A stretch of DNA of 64,000 nucleotides from Oscillospiraceae bacterium (GTDB lineage: Bacteria; Bacillota; Clostridia; Oscillospirales; Oscillospiraceae): positions 6,272 through 70,271 of the forward strand of contig JAGAQA010000024.1 in assembly GCA_017622995.1 (NCBI GenBank), written 5' to 3'. The position numbers and the translations under genes are program-made. Numbering within the stretch: the stretch's first letter is position 1; the number at the start of each line of letters is the position of its first letter. This document shows, piece after piece, positions 56,006 to 64,000 of the stretch. The notes under the pieces were generated by a model. It had not been told where the DNA came from and did no database searches. It was given only the letters and a program-made list of their open reading frames with translations.

Positions 56006-56899
56006 TCAAATATAGTGGACGTGCTTTTTGCTCACCAGCAGATTGATGCAGGTGATGGTCAGCACGATGGCGAAGAGAATGACTGCGGCGGCGGAGGCAT
56101 AGGAGGGGTAGCCGCCGGAACGGCCGTAGAGCATATCGTAGACAAAGCCCACGATGGTGTTCATGCCCGCGGCATTCAGGTCGATGCCAAAGAGGGCTAC
56201 CGCGTCGGAGTAGGCCTTGAAGGCGCCGATAAAGCCGGTGATCACCAGGTAAAACAGGCTGGGGGAGATCATGGGCAGGGTGATGCGCCAGAAGATCCGG
56301 CCCCGGGAGGCGCCGTCCACCCGGGCGGCATTGTGGTACTGCTGGCTGACGGAGGCAAGGGCGCTGGTGAGAATCAGGATTTTAAAGGGCATGACGATCC
56401 ACACGGTGTACAGGCACAGCACCAGCATCTTTGCCCAATAGGGCCCGGAGAGGAAGTCCACACTGGCAAAGCCGAAGGCGTTCAGCAGCAGGTTCATAAA
56501 GCCGTCGGAGTAGGGGGTCTTCTTAAAAAGGATCATAAATACCAGACCTACGGCCAGGGTGTTGGTCACATAGGGCAGAAAGAAAACGGTCTGGAAAAAG
56601 TCCCGCAGCTTCTCAATGGAGCTCAGGCACAGGGAAATGAGCAGCGCAAGACCGGTGGACAGAGGCACCGTGATGATGACCAGCAGAAAGGTGTTTTTCA
56701 GCGCCTGCAGGAAGAAGGGATCCCGCAGCACATACCGGAAATTGTAAATGCCCACCCCGGTGTAGGTCTGGGAGGCGAAATTGTAGTTTTCCTGGAAGGA
56801 GTAGACAAATACATCCATCAGGGGATACACCAGGAAAATGCCCAGAAACAGAAATGCGGGCAGCAGATATAGATACCCTTTGGGATTATTCTTTTCCAT
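56006..56899 (-). CDS. Carbohydrate ABC permease (MalF/UgpA type)
   Basis: YLYLLPA, FFLPYVT, AARVDGASRGRIFWRITLPMISP, YASAAAV. Confidence 0.92.
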   Translation of the reverse strand: MEKNNPKGYLYLLPAFLFLGIFLVYPLMDVFVYSFQENYNFASQTYTGVGIYNFRYVLRDPFFLQALKNTFLLVIITVPLSTGLALLISLCLSSIEKLRDFFQTVFFLPYVTNTLAVGLVFMILFKKTPYSDGFMNLLLNAFGFASVDFLSGPYWAKMLVLCLYTVWIVMPFKILILTSALASVSQQYHNAARVDGASRGRIFWRITLPMISPSLFYLVITGFIGAFKAYSDAVALFGIDLNAAGMNTIVGFVYDMLYGRSGGYPSYASAAAVILFAIVLTITCINLLVSKKHVHYI

Positions 56900-57995
56900 G
56901 ATTGGTTCCTCGCAGACGGCTGCCGTTTTCATCAAAGAGCAGCACTTTTCCGGGCTTCAGCCGGAAGCGGACGGTTTCTGGGTGGCTTTGCTCGGTGCCG
57001 TCGGACTGAATGATGGCCCGGAAGGTTTCTTTCCGGCAGGCATCGTTGGTGCATACAAAGCTCACATCCCGGCCCATGATCTCGGTGCGCAGCAGCCTGC
57101 AGGAGAAGGGCCCCTGTTCCTCCGGAACAAAACCCTCGGGCCGGATGCCCACGGTGACGGCCTGATCCGCGATTCCCGGAACCGGGAGCAGGGCTTCACC
57201 GCCAATGTACAGGGTTTCCTTTTCCACCCGGCCGTCAAAGAGATTGATGGGAGGGGTGCCCAGGAAGGTGGCCACAAAGAGGTTGCATGGGTTGTCGTAA
57301 ACCTCCTGGGGCTTGCCGGTCTGCTGCACCACGCCCTCCTTCATCACCACGATCTGATCGGAAATGCTCATGGCCTCCTCCTGGTCGTGGGTGACAAATA
57401 CGGTGGTGATGCCGGTTTGCCGCTGAATGCGGCGGATTTCCTCCCGGGTCTGGAGCCGCAGCCGGGCATCCAGGTTGGAAAGAGGCTCGTCCAGCAGAAG
57501 AACCCCCGGCATTTTCACCAGGGCCCGGGCAATGGCTACCCGCTGCTGCTGACCGCCGGAAAGCTCGCTGGGCTTCCGGTCCAGAAGAGAATCGATCTGC
57601 ACCAGCCTGGCGGCCTCCACGGCACGGCGGCGCATTTCTTCCTTGCCGGGGCGGTCCTTGCCCTTAAGGTTTTCCAGGGGGAAGAGGATGTTTTGCAGAA
57701 CGGTCATGTGGGGATACAGGGCATAGTTCTGGAAAACCAGTCCAACTCCCCGGTTCTCCGTGGGCAGGTCCGTTACATCCCGGTCGCCGAAGAAGATTCG
57801 CCCGGAGGTGGGGGCCTGCAAGCCGCAGATCATATAAAGCGTGGTGCTCTTTCCGCAGCCAGAGGGGCCCAGCAGCCCGATGAGCTGCCCGTCCGGCACC
57901 TCAAAGGTGAAGTCGTTCACGGCGGTTACCTCGCCCCCGGCCTTTTTGTTTCGGTTTGGGAATTTTTTGGTCAGGTTCTGCAGGGTGACATTCAT
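56886..57995 (-). CDS. Carbohydrate ABC ATPase (MalK/UgpC type)
   Basis: GPSGCGKST, FQNYALYPHM, LSGGQQQRVA, LLDEPLSNLD, FLGTPPIN. Confidence 0.95.
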   Translation of the reverse strand: MNVTLQNLTKKFPNRNKKAGGEVTAVNDFTFEVPDGQLIGLLGPSGCGKSTTLYMICGLQAPTSGRIFFGDRDVTDLPTENRGVGLVFQNYALYPHMTVLQNILFPLENLKGKDRPGKEEMRRRAVEAARLVQIDSLLDRKPSELSGGQQQRVAIARALVKMPGVLLLDEPLSNLDARLRLQTREEIRRIQRQTGITTVFVTHDQEEAMSISDQIVVMKEGVVQQTGKPQEVYDNPCNLFVATFLGTPPINLFDGRVEKETLYIGGEALLPVPGIADQAVTVGIRPEGFVPEEQGPFSCRLLRTEIMGRDVSFVCTNDACRKETFRAIIQSDGTEQSHPETVRFRLKPGKVLLFDENGSRLRGTNHGKE

Positions 57996-58082
57996 AGCAT
58001 CCCATCCTTTTTTGTATTCTTAAGGGTTATTATATGCGCTCTCGGAGGGCATTGCAAGGAGAATTTCACCGCCGCCCGGGGC

Positions 58083-58111
58083 TTGACCGGATGTTTGGAG
58101 AAGGGTATAAT
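58083..58111 (+). promoter_or_regulatory. Sigma-A promoter of the TrmH operon
   Basis: TTGACC-17bp-TATAAT. Confidence 0.65.
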
Positions 58112-58139
58112 AAAGGATCATTTCCACCAGGAGACTGCC

Positions 58140-58946
58140 ATGATCCAATTTACAGAAATAACCGATATCGAAGCCCCGGAGCTGGACGTATTTGCCCGGC
58201 TGACGGAAGCCCAGCTGCTCAACCGGTTCGAGCCGAAAAAGGGAATGCTGATTGCCGAAAGCCCCAAGGTGATCCAGCGTGCGCTGGACGGGGGCTGCGT
58301 TCCCGTCTCCCTGCTGGTGGAACGGGGCCACTGCAATGAGGAGGCCCAGGCGGCCATTGCCCGCTGCGGGGATGTGCCGGTGTATACCGCCAGCATGGAC
58401 ATTCTTACAAAGCTCACAGGCTTTCAGCTGACCAGAGGCATGCTCTGCGCCATGCTGCGGCCCAGGCAGCCTGCCGCGGAGGAAATCCTTTCTTCCGGCC
58501 GCCGGGTGGCGGTGCTGGAAAACGTGATGAACCCCACCAATGTGGGGGCCATTTTCCGCTCTGCCGCGGCTCTGGGCATGGATGGGGTGCTGCTGACCTC
58601 CGGCTGTACGGATCCGCTGTACCGCCGCAGTGCCCGGGTGAGCATGGGCACGGTGTTCCAGGTACCCTGGGCCTATGTGCCGGACACCTGGCAGGAGCTT
58701 CTGAAGGAAAAGAGCTTTGCCACCGCTGCCATGGCCCTGCGGGAGGATTCCCTTTCCATTGACGATCCTCTTCTGCGGCAGCAGGAAAAGCTGGCGGTGG
58801 TGCTGGGGACGGAGGGCGACGGCCTGGCCCAGCAAACCATTGCCCGCTGTGATTATACGGTAAAGATTCCCATGTATCATGGGGTGGATTCCTTAAATGT
58901 GGCGGCGGCCAGCGCCGTGGCCTTCTGGGAACTGCGGGCAAGGTGA
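58140..58946 (+). CDS. TrmH/SpoU-family RNA methyltransferase
   Basis: NPTNVGAIFRSAAALG, DPLYRRSARVSMG, LGTEGDGL, IPMYHGVDSLNVAAA. Confidence 0.92.
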   Translation: MIQFTEITDIEAPELDVFARLTEAQLLNRFEPKKGMLIAESPKVIQRALDGGCVPVSLLVERGHCNEEAQAAIARCGDVPVYTASMDILTKLTGFQLTRGMLCAMLRPRQPAAEEILSSGRRVAVLENVMNPTNVGAIFRSAAALGMDGVLLTSGCTDPLYRRSARVSMGTVFQVPWAYVPDTWQELLKEKSFATAAMALREDSLSIDDPLLRQQEKLAVVLGTEGDGLAQQTIARCDYTVKIPMYHGVDSLNVAAASAVAFWELRAR

Positions 58947-58950
58947 GCGT

Positions 58951-59799
58951 ATGAATTGTGACTGTCATATCCATATGGTGCTGGATGGGGCGGACTGGCG
59001 CAGCGCCATCGCCCGGCACAGGGAGAAGCCCCAGGATGCCTTTATCCGAAGAACACTGGAAACCTACCAAAGGCTGGGCTTCGGGTATCTGCGGGATGGC
59101 GGCGACCGCTGGGGCGTGGGCAAACGGGCAAAGGAGCTGGCCCCGGACTACGGCATTGTCTACCGCACCCCCTGTGCGCCCTTGTGCAAGGCGGGCCATT
59201 ACGGCAGCTTCATCGGGGAACCCTTTGCTTCCCTCCGGGAATACCGGGTTTTGATTGGGGAAAACAGAAAAAACGGGGCGGATTTCGTGAAAATCATGAT
59301 CTCCGGCCTGATGGATTTTGACCGGTTCGGGGTTCTTTCGGAGCCGGGGCTCCCCGGGGAAGAGATCCGGGAGCTCGTTCACATTGCCCACGAGGAGGGC
59401 TTTCCCGTGATGGCCCACGCCAACGGGGCGGAAACGGTGATTGCCGCGGCGGAGGCCCGGGTGGATTCCGTGGAACACGGCGCTTACCTGAATGAGGAGG
59501 CCCTGCACGCCATGAAGGAAGCCGGCACCGTCTGGGTGCCCACCCTTTCCACCATTGGAAACCTCCGGGGGAAAGGGCGGTTTCAGGAAAGGGCGGTGGA
59601 GGCCATTCTGGCTTCCGCCCAGGAAAACGTGGCCTCCTTTGCCGCCATGGGCGGCCTTCTGGCCCCCGGGACCGATGCCGGTGCCTGGGCAGTGCCCCAT
59701 GGCAGTCTGACGGAGTATGCCCTCCTGGGGGAGACCCTGGGGAGCAGGGTAGATGATCTGCTGGCAAAGGGCCTTGCCGCCCTCCGGGAGAAGTTCTGA
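58951..59799 (+). CDS. Amidohydrolase-family protein
   Basis: DCHIH, LRDGGD, VKIMISG, VMAHANG, SVEHG, WVPTL, GTDAG. Confidence 0.85.
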   Translation: MNCDCHIHMVLDGADWRSAIARHREKPQDAFIRRTLETYQRLGFGYLRDGGDRWGVGKRAKELAPDYGIVYRTPCAPLCKAGHYGSFIGEPFASLREYRVLIGENRKNGADFVKIMISGLMDFDRFGVLSEPGLPGEEIRELVHIAHEEGFPVMAHANGAETVIAAAEARVDSVEHGAYLNEEALHAMKEAGTVWVPTLSTIGNLRGKGRFQERAVEAILASAQENVASFAAMGGLLAPGTDAGAWAVPHGSLTEYALLGETLGSRVDDLLAKGLAALREKF

Positions 59800-59800
59800 T

Positions 59801-60361
59801 ATGCAGACAAAGATTCTGAGGTCAAGAAGGAAAACCCTTTCCCTGCGCATTACCCCGTGGGGGGATCTGGAGATCCGGGCGCCCCTTCGGATGCCGGACC
59901 GGGAAATCCAGGCCTTTGTAGCGGAAAAGGCCCGGTGGATCGAAATCCACCGGACCCAGGTGCTCCGGGACCAGGCGCAGGGCGCCCTTGCGCCGCTGGA
60001 TGAAGCGGCCCTGGAAGAGCTGAAGGAGCAGACAAGGCAGAAGCTTGCGCTTATGCTGGAGCGTCACGCTGCCCACATGGGTATTTCCTACGGCAGGGTC
60101 AGCATCCGCTGCCAGCGCAGCCGCTGGGGCAGCTGCTCGGCGGAAGGGAATCTGAACTTCAACTGTCTGCTGGCTCTGGCGCCGGAAGAGGTTATGGAGT
60201 ATGTGGCGGTTCACGAGCTTGCCCACCGGAAGCAGATGAACCATTCCCCCCTCTTTTGGCAGGAGGTGGCCCGGGAGTGTCCCCGGTATATCCAGTGCCG
60301 CCGCTGGCTGAAGCAGAACGGCGGCGCCCTGCTGGCAAGAGCCCGCCGGGGCAGAGAATAA
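59801..60361 (+). CDS. YgjP/SprT-like (M48) zinc metallopeptidase
   Basis: RSRRKTLSL, QRSRWGSCS, YVAVHELAHRKQMNHS..FW. Confidence 0.88.
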   Translation: MQTKILRSRRKTLSLRITPWGDLEIRAPLRMPDREIQAFVAEKARWIEIHRTQVLRDQAQGALAPLDEAALEELKEQTRQKLALMLERHAAHMGISYGRVSIRCQRSRWGSCSAEGNLNFNCLLALAPEEVMEYVAVHELAHRKQMNHSPLFWQEVARECPRYIQCRRWLKQNGGALLARARRGRE

Positions 60362-60387
60362 GCGCCGCCTCAAAAAAGGGCGGCGCT
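60361..60387. terminator. Bidirectional terminator
   Basis: agcgccgcc-tcaaaaaag-ggcggcgct. Confidence 0.65.
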
Positions 60388-60392
60388 TCCGG

Positions 60393-60599
60393 TTATTCGG
60401 CTGCTTCCTCCTCCGGCAGGGCATCGGGGGAGAGGGTTCCAACATTGTTGGAGCCGATGGTGACGGTCTTTCTGGGAGACAGAAGCATACCCAGAGTCAG
60501 ACCGGTGGTCAGGCACAGCAGCCCGCCCAGAAGCAGCTCCCGTTTGCGTGCCAGCACAACACCGTCCAGGCTGTTCCAGAGGGTTTCCAAGCGTTTCAT
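60393..60599 (-). CDS. Small single-pass membrane protein
   Basis: GGAGG RBS; LLLGGLLCLTTGLTLGMLLSP..TIGSNN; acidic tail. Confidence 0.7.
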   Translation of the reverse strand: MKRLETLWNSLDGVVLARKRELLLGGLLCLTTGLTLGMLLSPRKTVTIGSNNVGTLSPDALPEEEAAE

Positions 60600-60690
60600 T
60601 GTTCAGCACCTCCATAGTGTGTTTCTTCCAGTATAGCAGTGGGGAAGGGAGAAGTCAAGGTGGGCCCCTGCAAACAGTACATTTGCGCCC

Positions 60691-60719
60691 TTGCATTTCT
60701 TTTTATGTTTAGGTATAAT
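60691..60719 (+). promoter_or_regulatory. Sigma-A promoter of the oxidoreductase operon
   Basis: TTGCAT-17bp-TATAAT. Confidence 0.65.
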
Positions 60720-60752
60720 GAACAAAAACCCAGACAGAGAGGCGGATGCGGG

Positions 60753-62192
60753 ATGTATGATACTGTGATCATTGGCGGCGGCGTAGTGGGCTGCGCGGTG
60801 GCCCGGTTCCTGAGCAGGTTCCGGGGCAGCTTCTGCCTGCTGGAACGGGAAAATGATGTGTGCTGCGGTACGTCAAAAGCCAACAGCGCCATCATCCATG
60901 CAGGCTTTGATGCCAAGGCGGGCACCCTGATGGCAAAATACAATGTCCTGGGCAGCCGGATGATGCCGGAGCTTGCCCGGGAGCTGGACATTCCCTTCCG
61001 GCGCAACGGCTCTCTGGTGCTGTGCATGGACCGGGCGGATTTGCCCAGATTGCAGGCCCTTTATGAAAACGGCCTTCAAAACGGAGTGGAGGGCCTGGAG
61101 ATCATCGATGCCCGGCGGCTTCACGAAATGGAGCCCAACGTCAGCCGGTCCGCGGTGGCGGCCCTCTGGGCACCTACGGGGGGCATCGTCTGTCCCTTCG
61201 GGATGACGGTGGCACTGGGAGAGAACGCCATCCAAAACGGCGTGGAGTTCCGTCTGGGAACCAGGGTTTCCCAGGTTCGCCCCGGGGAAAAGGGCACCTG
61301 GTTGGTGATTACAGAAAAAGAGACCCTGGTTACCCGGGCGGTGGTCAATGCCGCGGGGGTGTATTCTGGGGTGCTGCACAATATGGTGAGCAAAGACAAA
61401 ATCCACATTACCCCCCGGCGGGGCGAGTATCTGCTGCTGGATAAGTCCGCGGGAGAAACGGTGCACTCCACCGTTTTCCAGCTGCCCGGGGTGCTGGGCA
61501 AGGGCGTGCTGGTGACGCCCACGATCCACGGCAATCTGCTCATCGGTCCCACCGCCCAGGATACGGAGGATTTTGAGGGCACCAACACCACCGCCGCAGG
61601 GCTGGCCCAGGTCCGGGAACGAGCCCAAAAGGGCATAGAGAACATTCCCTTCCGCCAGACCATCACCAGCTTCGCGGGGCTCCGGGCCCATGAGGAGGGC
61701 CACGAATTCATTCTGGGGCAGCCCCGGGATGCCAAAAACTTTTTCGACTGCGCGGGGATCGAGTCTCCGGGCCTCAGCGCCGCTCCGGCCATCGGCCTTG
61801 AGATTGCCAATCAGGTGGCCCAGGCTCTGAAGCTGCCGGAAAAGGAGGATTTTGTCCCCACCCGGCAGGCCCCCATAGATCCCAGGAAGCTGACGAAAGA
61901 CCAGTGGGCAGACCTTGTAAGGCGGGAGCCGGAATACGGCCAGATCATCTGCCGCTGCGAGCAGATCAGCCAGGGGGAGATCCTGGCCGCCATCCGGTCC
62001 CCTCTGGGGGCCCGGGATCTGGACGGGGTAAAACGCCGTACAAGGGCTGGAATGGGCAGATGCCAGGGCGGCTTCTGCGCCCCCCGGGTTATGGAAATTC
62101 TTGCCCGGGAGCTGGGCGTTTCTCAGAAGGAGATCACCAAAGCCGGCGGCGGGTCCGGGATGATCTGCGGCCGGGCCAAGAATGAGGTGTGA
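60753..62192 (+). CDS. FAD-dependent oxidoreductase with a BFD-like 2Fe-2S domain (GlpA/LhgO-like glycerol-3-phosphate dehydrogenase subunit)
   Basis: VIIGGGVVG, TSKANSAIIHAG, GIESPGLSAAPA, ICRCEQIS, RTRAGMGRCQGGFC. Confidence 0.88.
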   Translation: MYDTVIIGGGVVGCAVARFLSRFRGSFCLLERENDVCCGTSKANSAIIHAGFDAKAGTLMAKYNVLGSRMMPELARELDIPFRRNGSLVLCMDRADLPRLQALYENGLQNGVEGLEIIDARRLHEMEPNVSRSAVAALWAPTGGIVCPFGMTVALGENAIQNGVEFRLGTRVSQVRPGEKGTWLVITEKETLVTRAVVNAAGVYSGVLHNMVSKDKIHITPRRGEYLLLDKSAGETVHSTVFQLPGVLGKGVLVTPTIHGNLLIGPTAQDTEDFEGTNTTAAGLAQVRERAQKGIENIPFRQTITSFAGLRAHEEGHEFILGQPRDAKNFFDCAGIESPGLSAAPAIGLEIANQVAQALKLPEKEDFVPTRQAPIDPRKLTKDQWADLVRREPEYGQIICRCEQISQGEILAAIRSPLGARDLDGVKRRTRAGMGRCQGGFCAPRVMEILARELGVSQKEITKAGGGSGMICGRAKNEV

Positions 62193-62194
62193 TC

Positions 62195-63454
62195 ATGGAA
62201 CAGTTTGATCTTGTAGTCATCGGCGGCGGTCCCGCGGGGCTGGCTGCGGCCTGCGCTGCCTTTGACAGCGGCGTCCGCAGCATTCTGATTCTGGAGCGGG
62301 ACCGGGAGCTGGGCGGCATCCTCAATCAGTGTATCCACAACGGTTTCGGTCTGCATACCTTCGGCCAGGAGCTGACGGGGCCGGAGTACGCCGCCCGGTA
62401 TATCCGGCAGGTCCGGGAGCGGGGCATTGCCTACCGGCTCAATACCATGGTTCTGGATATTTCCCGGGAAAAGGTGGTAACCGCCATCAGCCGGGACCGG
62501 GGTCTTAGCGAGATTGCCGCGAAAGCCGTCATTCTCGCCATGGGCTGCCGGGAGCGGCCCAGAGGGGCCCTGAACATTCCCGGCTTCCGGCCCGCGGGGA
62601 TCTACACCGCCGGTACGGCCCAGCGCCTTGTAAACGTGGAGGGCCTGCTTCCCGGCAGGGAAGTGGTGATTCTGGGCAGCGGCGACATTGGCCTCATTAT
62701 GGCTCGGCGCATGACTCTGGAAGGGGCGAAGGTCAAGCTGGTGGCAGAGCTGATGCCCTATTCCGGAGGACTGAAGCGAAACATTGTGCAGTGCCTGGAG
62801 GATTTCGGCATCCCCCTGAAGCTCAGCCACACGGTTGTGGATATTGCGGGAAAGGAACGGGTCACCGGCGTGACCATTGCCCGGGTGGACGGCAGGGGCA
62901 CGCCCATTCCCGGCACGGAGGAGCACATTCCCTGTGATACCCTGCTGCTGTCCTGCGGCCTGATTCCGGAGAACGAGCTGTCCCGTTCCATGGGGCTGGA
63001 GCTGGACCCGGCCACCAACGGCCCCAGGGTGAACCAGCGTTTGGAAACCGAGATTCCCGGCGTGTTTGCCGCGGGCAATGTGCTCCATGTCCACGATCTG
63101 GTGGATTTCGTATCCCAGGAGGCAGCCGCCGCGGGCAGGGGCGCCGCCCGGTTCCTGGCATTGGGGGAGGATACCTCCTGTCAGATCCCCATTGAAGCCT
63201 CCGGCGGGATCCGCTATACGGTGCCTGCCTCCGTCAGCCCCCGGGAAATGGAGGAGCAGCTCACAATCCGCTTCCGGGTGGGCAGTGTGATGAACAACCG
63301 GGCGGTGGCGGTCTATCTGGACGATTGCCAGGTTTACAGGCGGAAGCGCCCCGTGATGGCCCCAGGCGAAATGGAGCAGGTGGTGCTCCCCCGGGACATT
63401 TTCCGGGCCCATGGGGACGCGAAGCGCATCCGCATCCTGACAGAGGAGGCCTGA
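62195..63454 (+). CDS. NAD(P)/FAD pyridine nucleotide-disulfide oxidoreductase
   Basis: VIGGGPAGLAAA, LGGILNQCIHNGFG, MGCRERPRG, GSGDIGLIMARR, GNVLHVHDLVD. Confidence 0.9.
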   Translation: MEQFDLVVIGGGPAGLAAACAAFDSGVRSILILERDRELGGILNQCIHNGFGLHTFGQELTGPEYAARYIRQVRERGIAYRLNTMVLDISREKVVTAISRDRGLSEIAAKAVILAMGCRERPRGALNIPGFRPAGIYTAGTAQRLVNVEGLLPGREVVILGSGDIGLIMARRMTLEGAKVKLVAELMPYSGGLKRNIVQCLEDFGIPLKLSHTVVDIAGKERVTGVTIARVDGRGTPIPGTEEHIPCDTLLLSCGLIPENELSRSMGLELDPATNGPRVNQRLETEIPGVFAAGNVLHVHDLVDFVSQEAAAAGRGAARFLALGEDTSCQIPIEASGGIRYTVPASVSPREMEEQLTIRFRVGSVMNNRAVAVYLDDCQVYRRKRPVMAPGEMEQVVLPRDIFRAHGDAKRIRILTEEA

Positions 63455-63456
63455 CC

Positions 63457-63822
63457 ATGGAGAAACGGATCTTAACCTGTATCGGCTGCCCCATGGGCTG
63501 TCAGCTGGAAGTGACCCTGGAAAAGGGCGCTTTTGCCTCTGTCACCGGAAATACCTGCAAAAACGGCGCCCGGTATGCCCAAAAGGAAGTGACGGATCCC
63601 CGCCGGATCGTCACCACCACCGTCCGGGTGGAGGGGAGCCGGGAAAACGCCTGCACCGTCCCCTGCAAGACGGCGCAGGATGTTCCCAAGGATCTGATAT
63701 TTGCCGTCATGGAGGACGCGGCGGCAGTGGTGGCCACCGCGCCGGTGCGTATCGGGGACGTGCTGAAGGAAAACGCGGGGGGCACCGGCGTCAGCCTGAT
63801 TGCCACCAAAAACGTGAATTGA
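63457..63822 (+). CDS. DUF1667-family metal-binding protein
   Basis: TCIGCPMGC, VTGNTCKNG, PRRIVTTTV, APVRIGDV; third gene of the GlpA-like trio. Confidence 0.85.
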   Translation: MEKRILTCIGCPMGCQLEVTLEKGAFASVTGNTCKNGARYAQKEVTDPRRIVTTTVRVEGSRENACTVPCKTAQDVPKDLIFAVMEDAAAVVATAPVRIGDVLKENAGGTGVSLIATKNVN

Positions 63823-63843
63823 TTTCAAATTGGGAGACAGAAT

Positions 63844-64000
63844 ATGAGTGTACACGAATCCGGAGAAATGTACCTGGAAGCGATCCTGGTACTGGGAAAG
63901 AAAAGCAATTTTGTCCGTTCCGTGGATGTGGGAGAATACCTGGGCTATTCCAAGCCCAGCGTATCCCGGGCTATGGGCATTCTGCGGGAGGAAAACTACA
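63844..64000 (+). CDS. DtxR/MntR-family metal-dependent regulator (3'-truncated by the window edge)
   Basis: MSVHESGEMYLEAIL...VRSVDVGEYLGYSKPSVSRAM. Confidence 0.85.
   Translation, partial: MSVHESGEMYLEAILVLGKKSNFVRSVDVGEYLGYSKPSVSRAMGILREENY

Overview
GC-rich Clostridia-type chromosomal segment (Oscillospiraceae-like; taxonomy is my inference) containing one clearly delimited insertion. Housekeeping and metabolic genes include a nucleoside-type ABC permease pair, an Xaa-Pro peptidase, prfC, a two-component system, ruvC-ruvA-ruvB, T-box-controlled metG, a MarR-controlled ABC exporter pair, a sugar/G3P-type ABC importer, a TrmH methyltransferase and a GlpA-like oxidoreductase trio. A compact ethanolamine-utilisation microcompartment locus (34.8-45.2 kb) has an unusual gene order: eutC and eutB are separated, and eutA apparently starts at ATA. 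A ~16.2-kb integrative mobilizable element (10084-26259) carries a TnpX-like serine recombinase, TnpW, a MOBQ relaxase with a recognisable oriT, and a sigma-like regulator. It sits in the loop of a bidirectional terminator, and both att sites can be reconstructed from the sequence. Its cargo is an 8-kb, compositionally mosaic, sortase-anchored surface protein with a Cys/His-rich N-terminus. This gene is preceded by an 84-aa ORF and a ~180-nt leader with five near-abutting palindromes, and an XRE/SLOG/membrane-protein module lies nearby. Several MITE/REP-like intergenic repeats and a candidate regulatory uORF upstream of prfC are also visible. No rRNA, tRNA or CRISPR array was seen. All family assignments come from motif recognition, not database searches.
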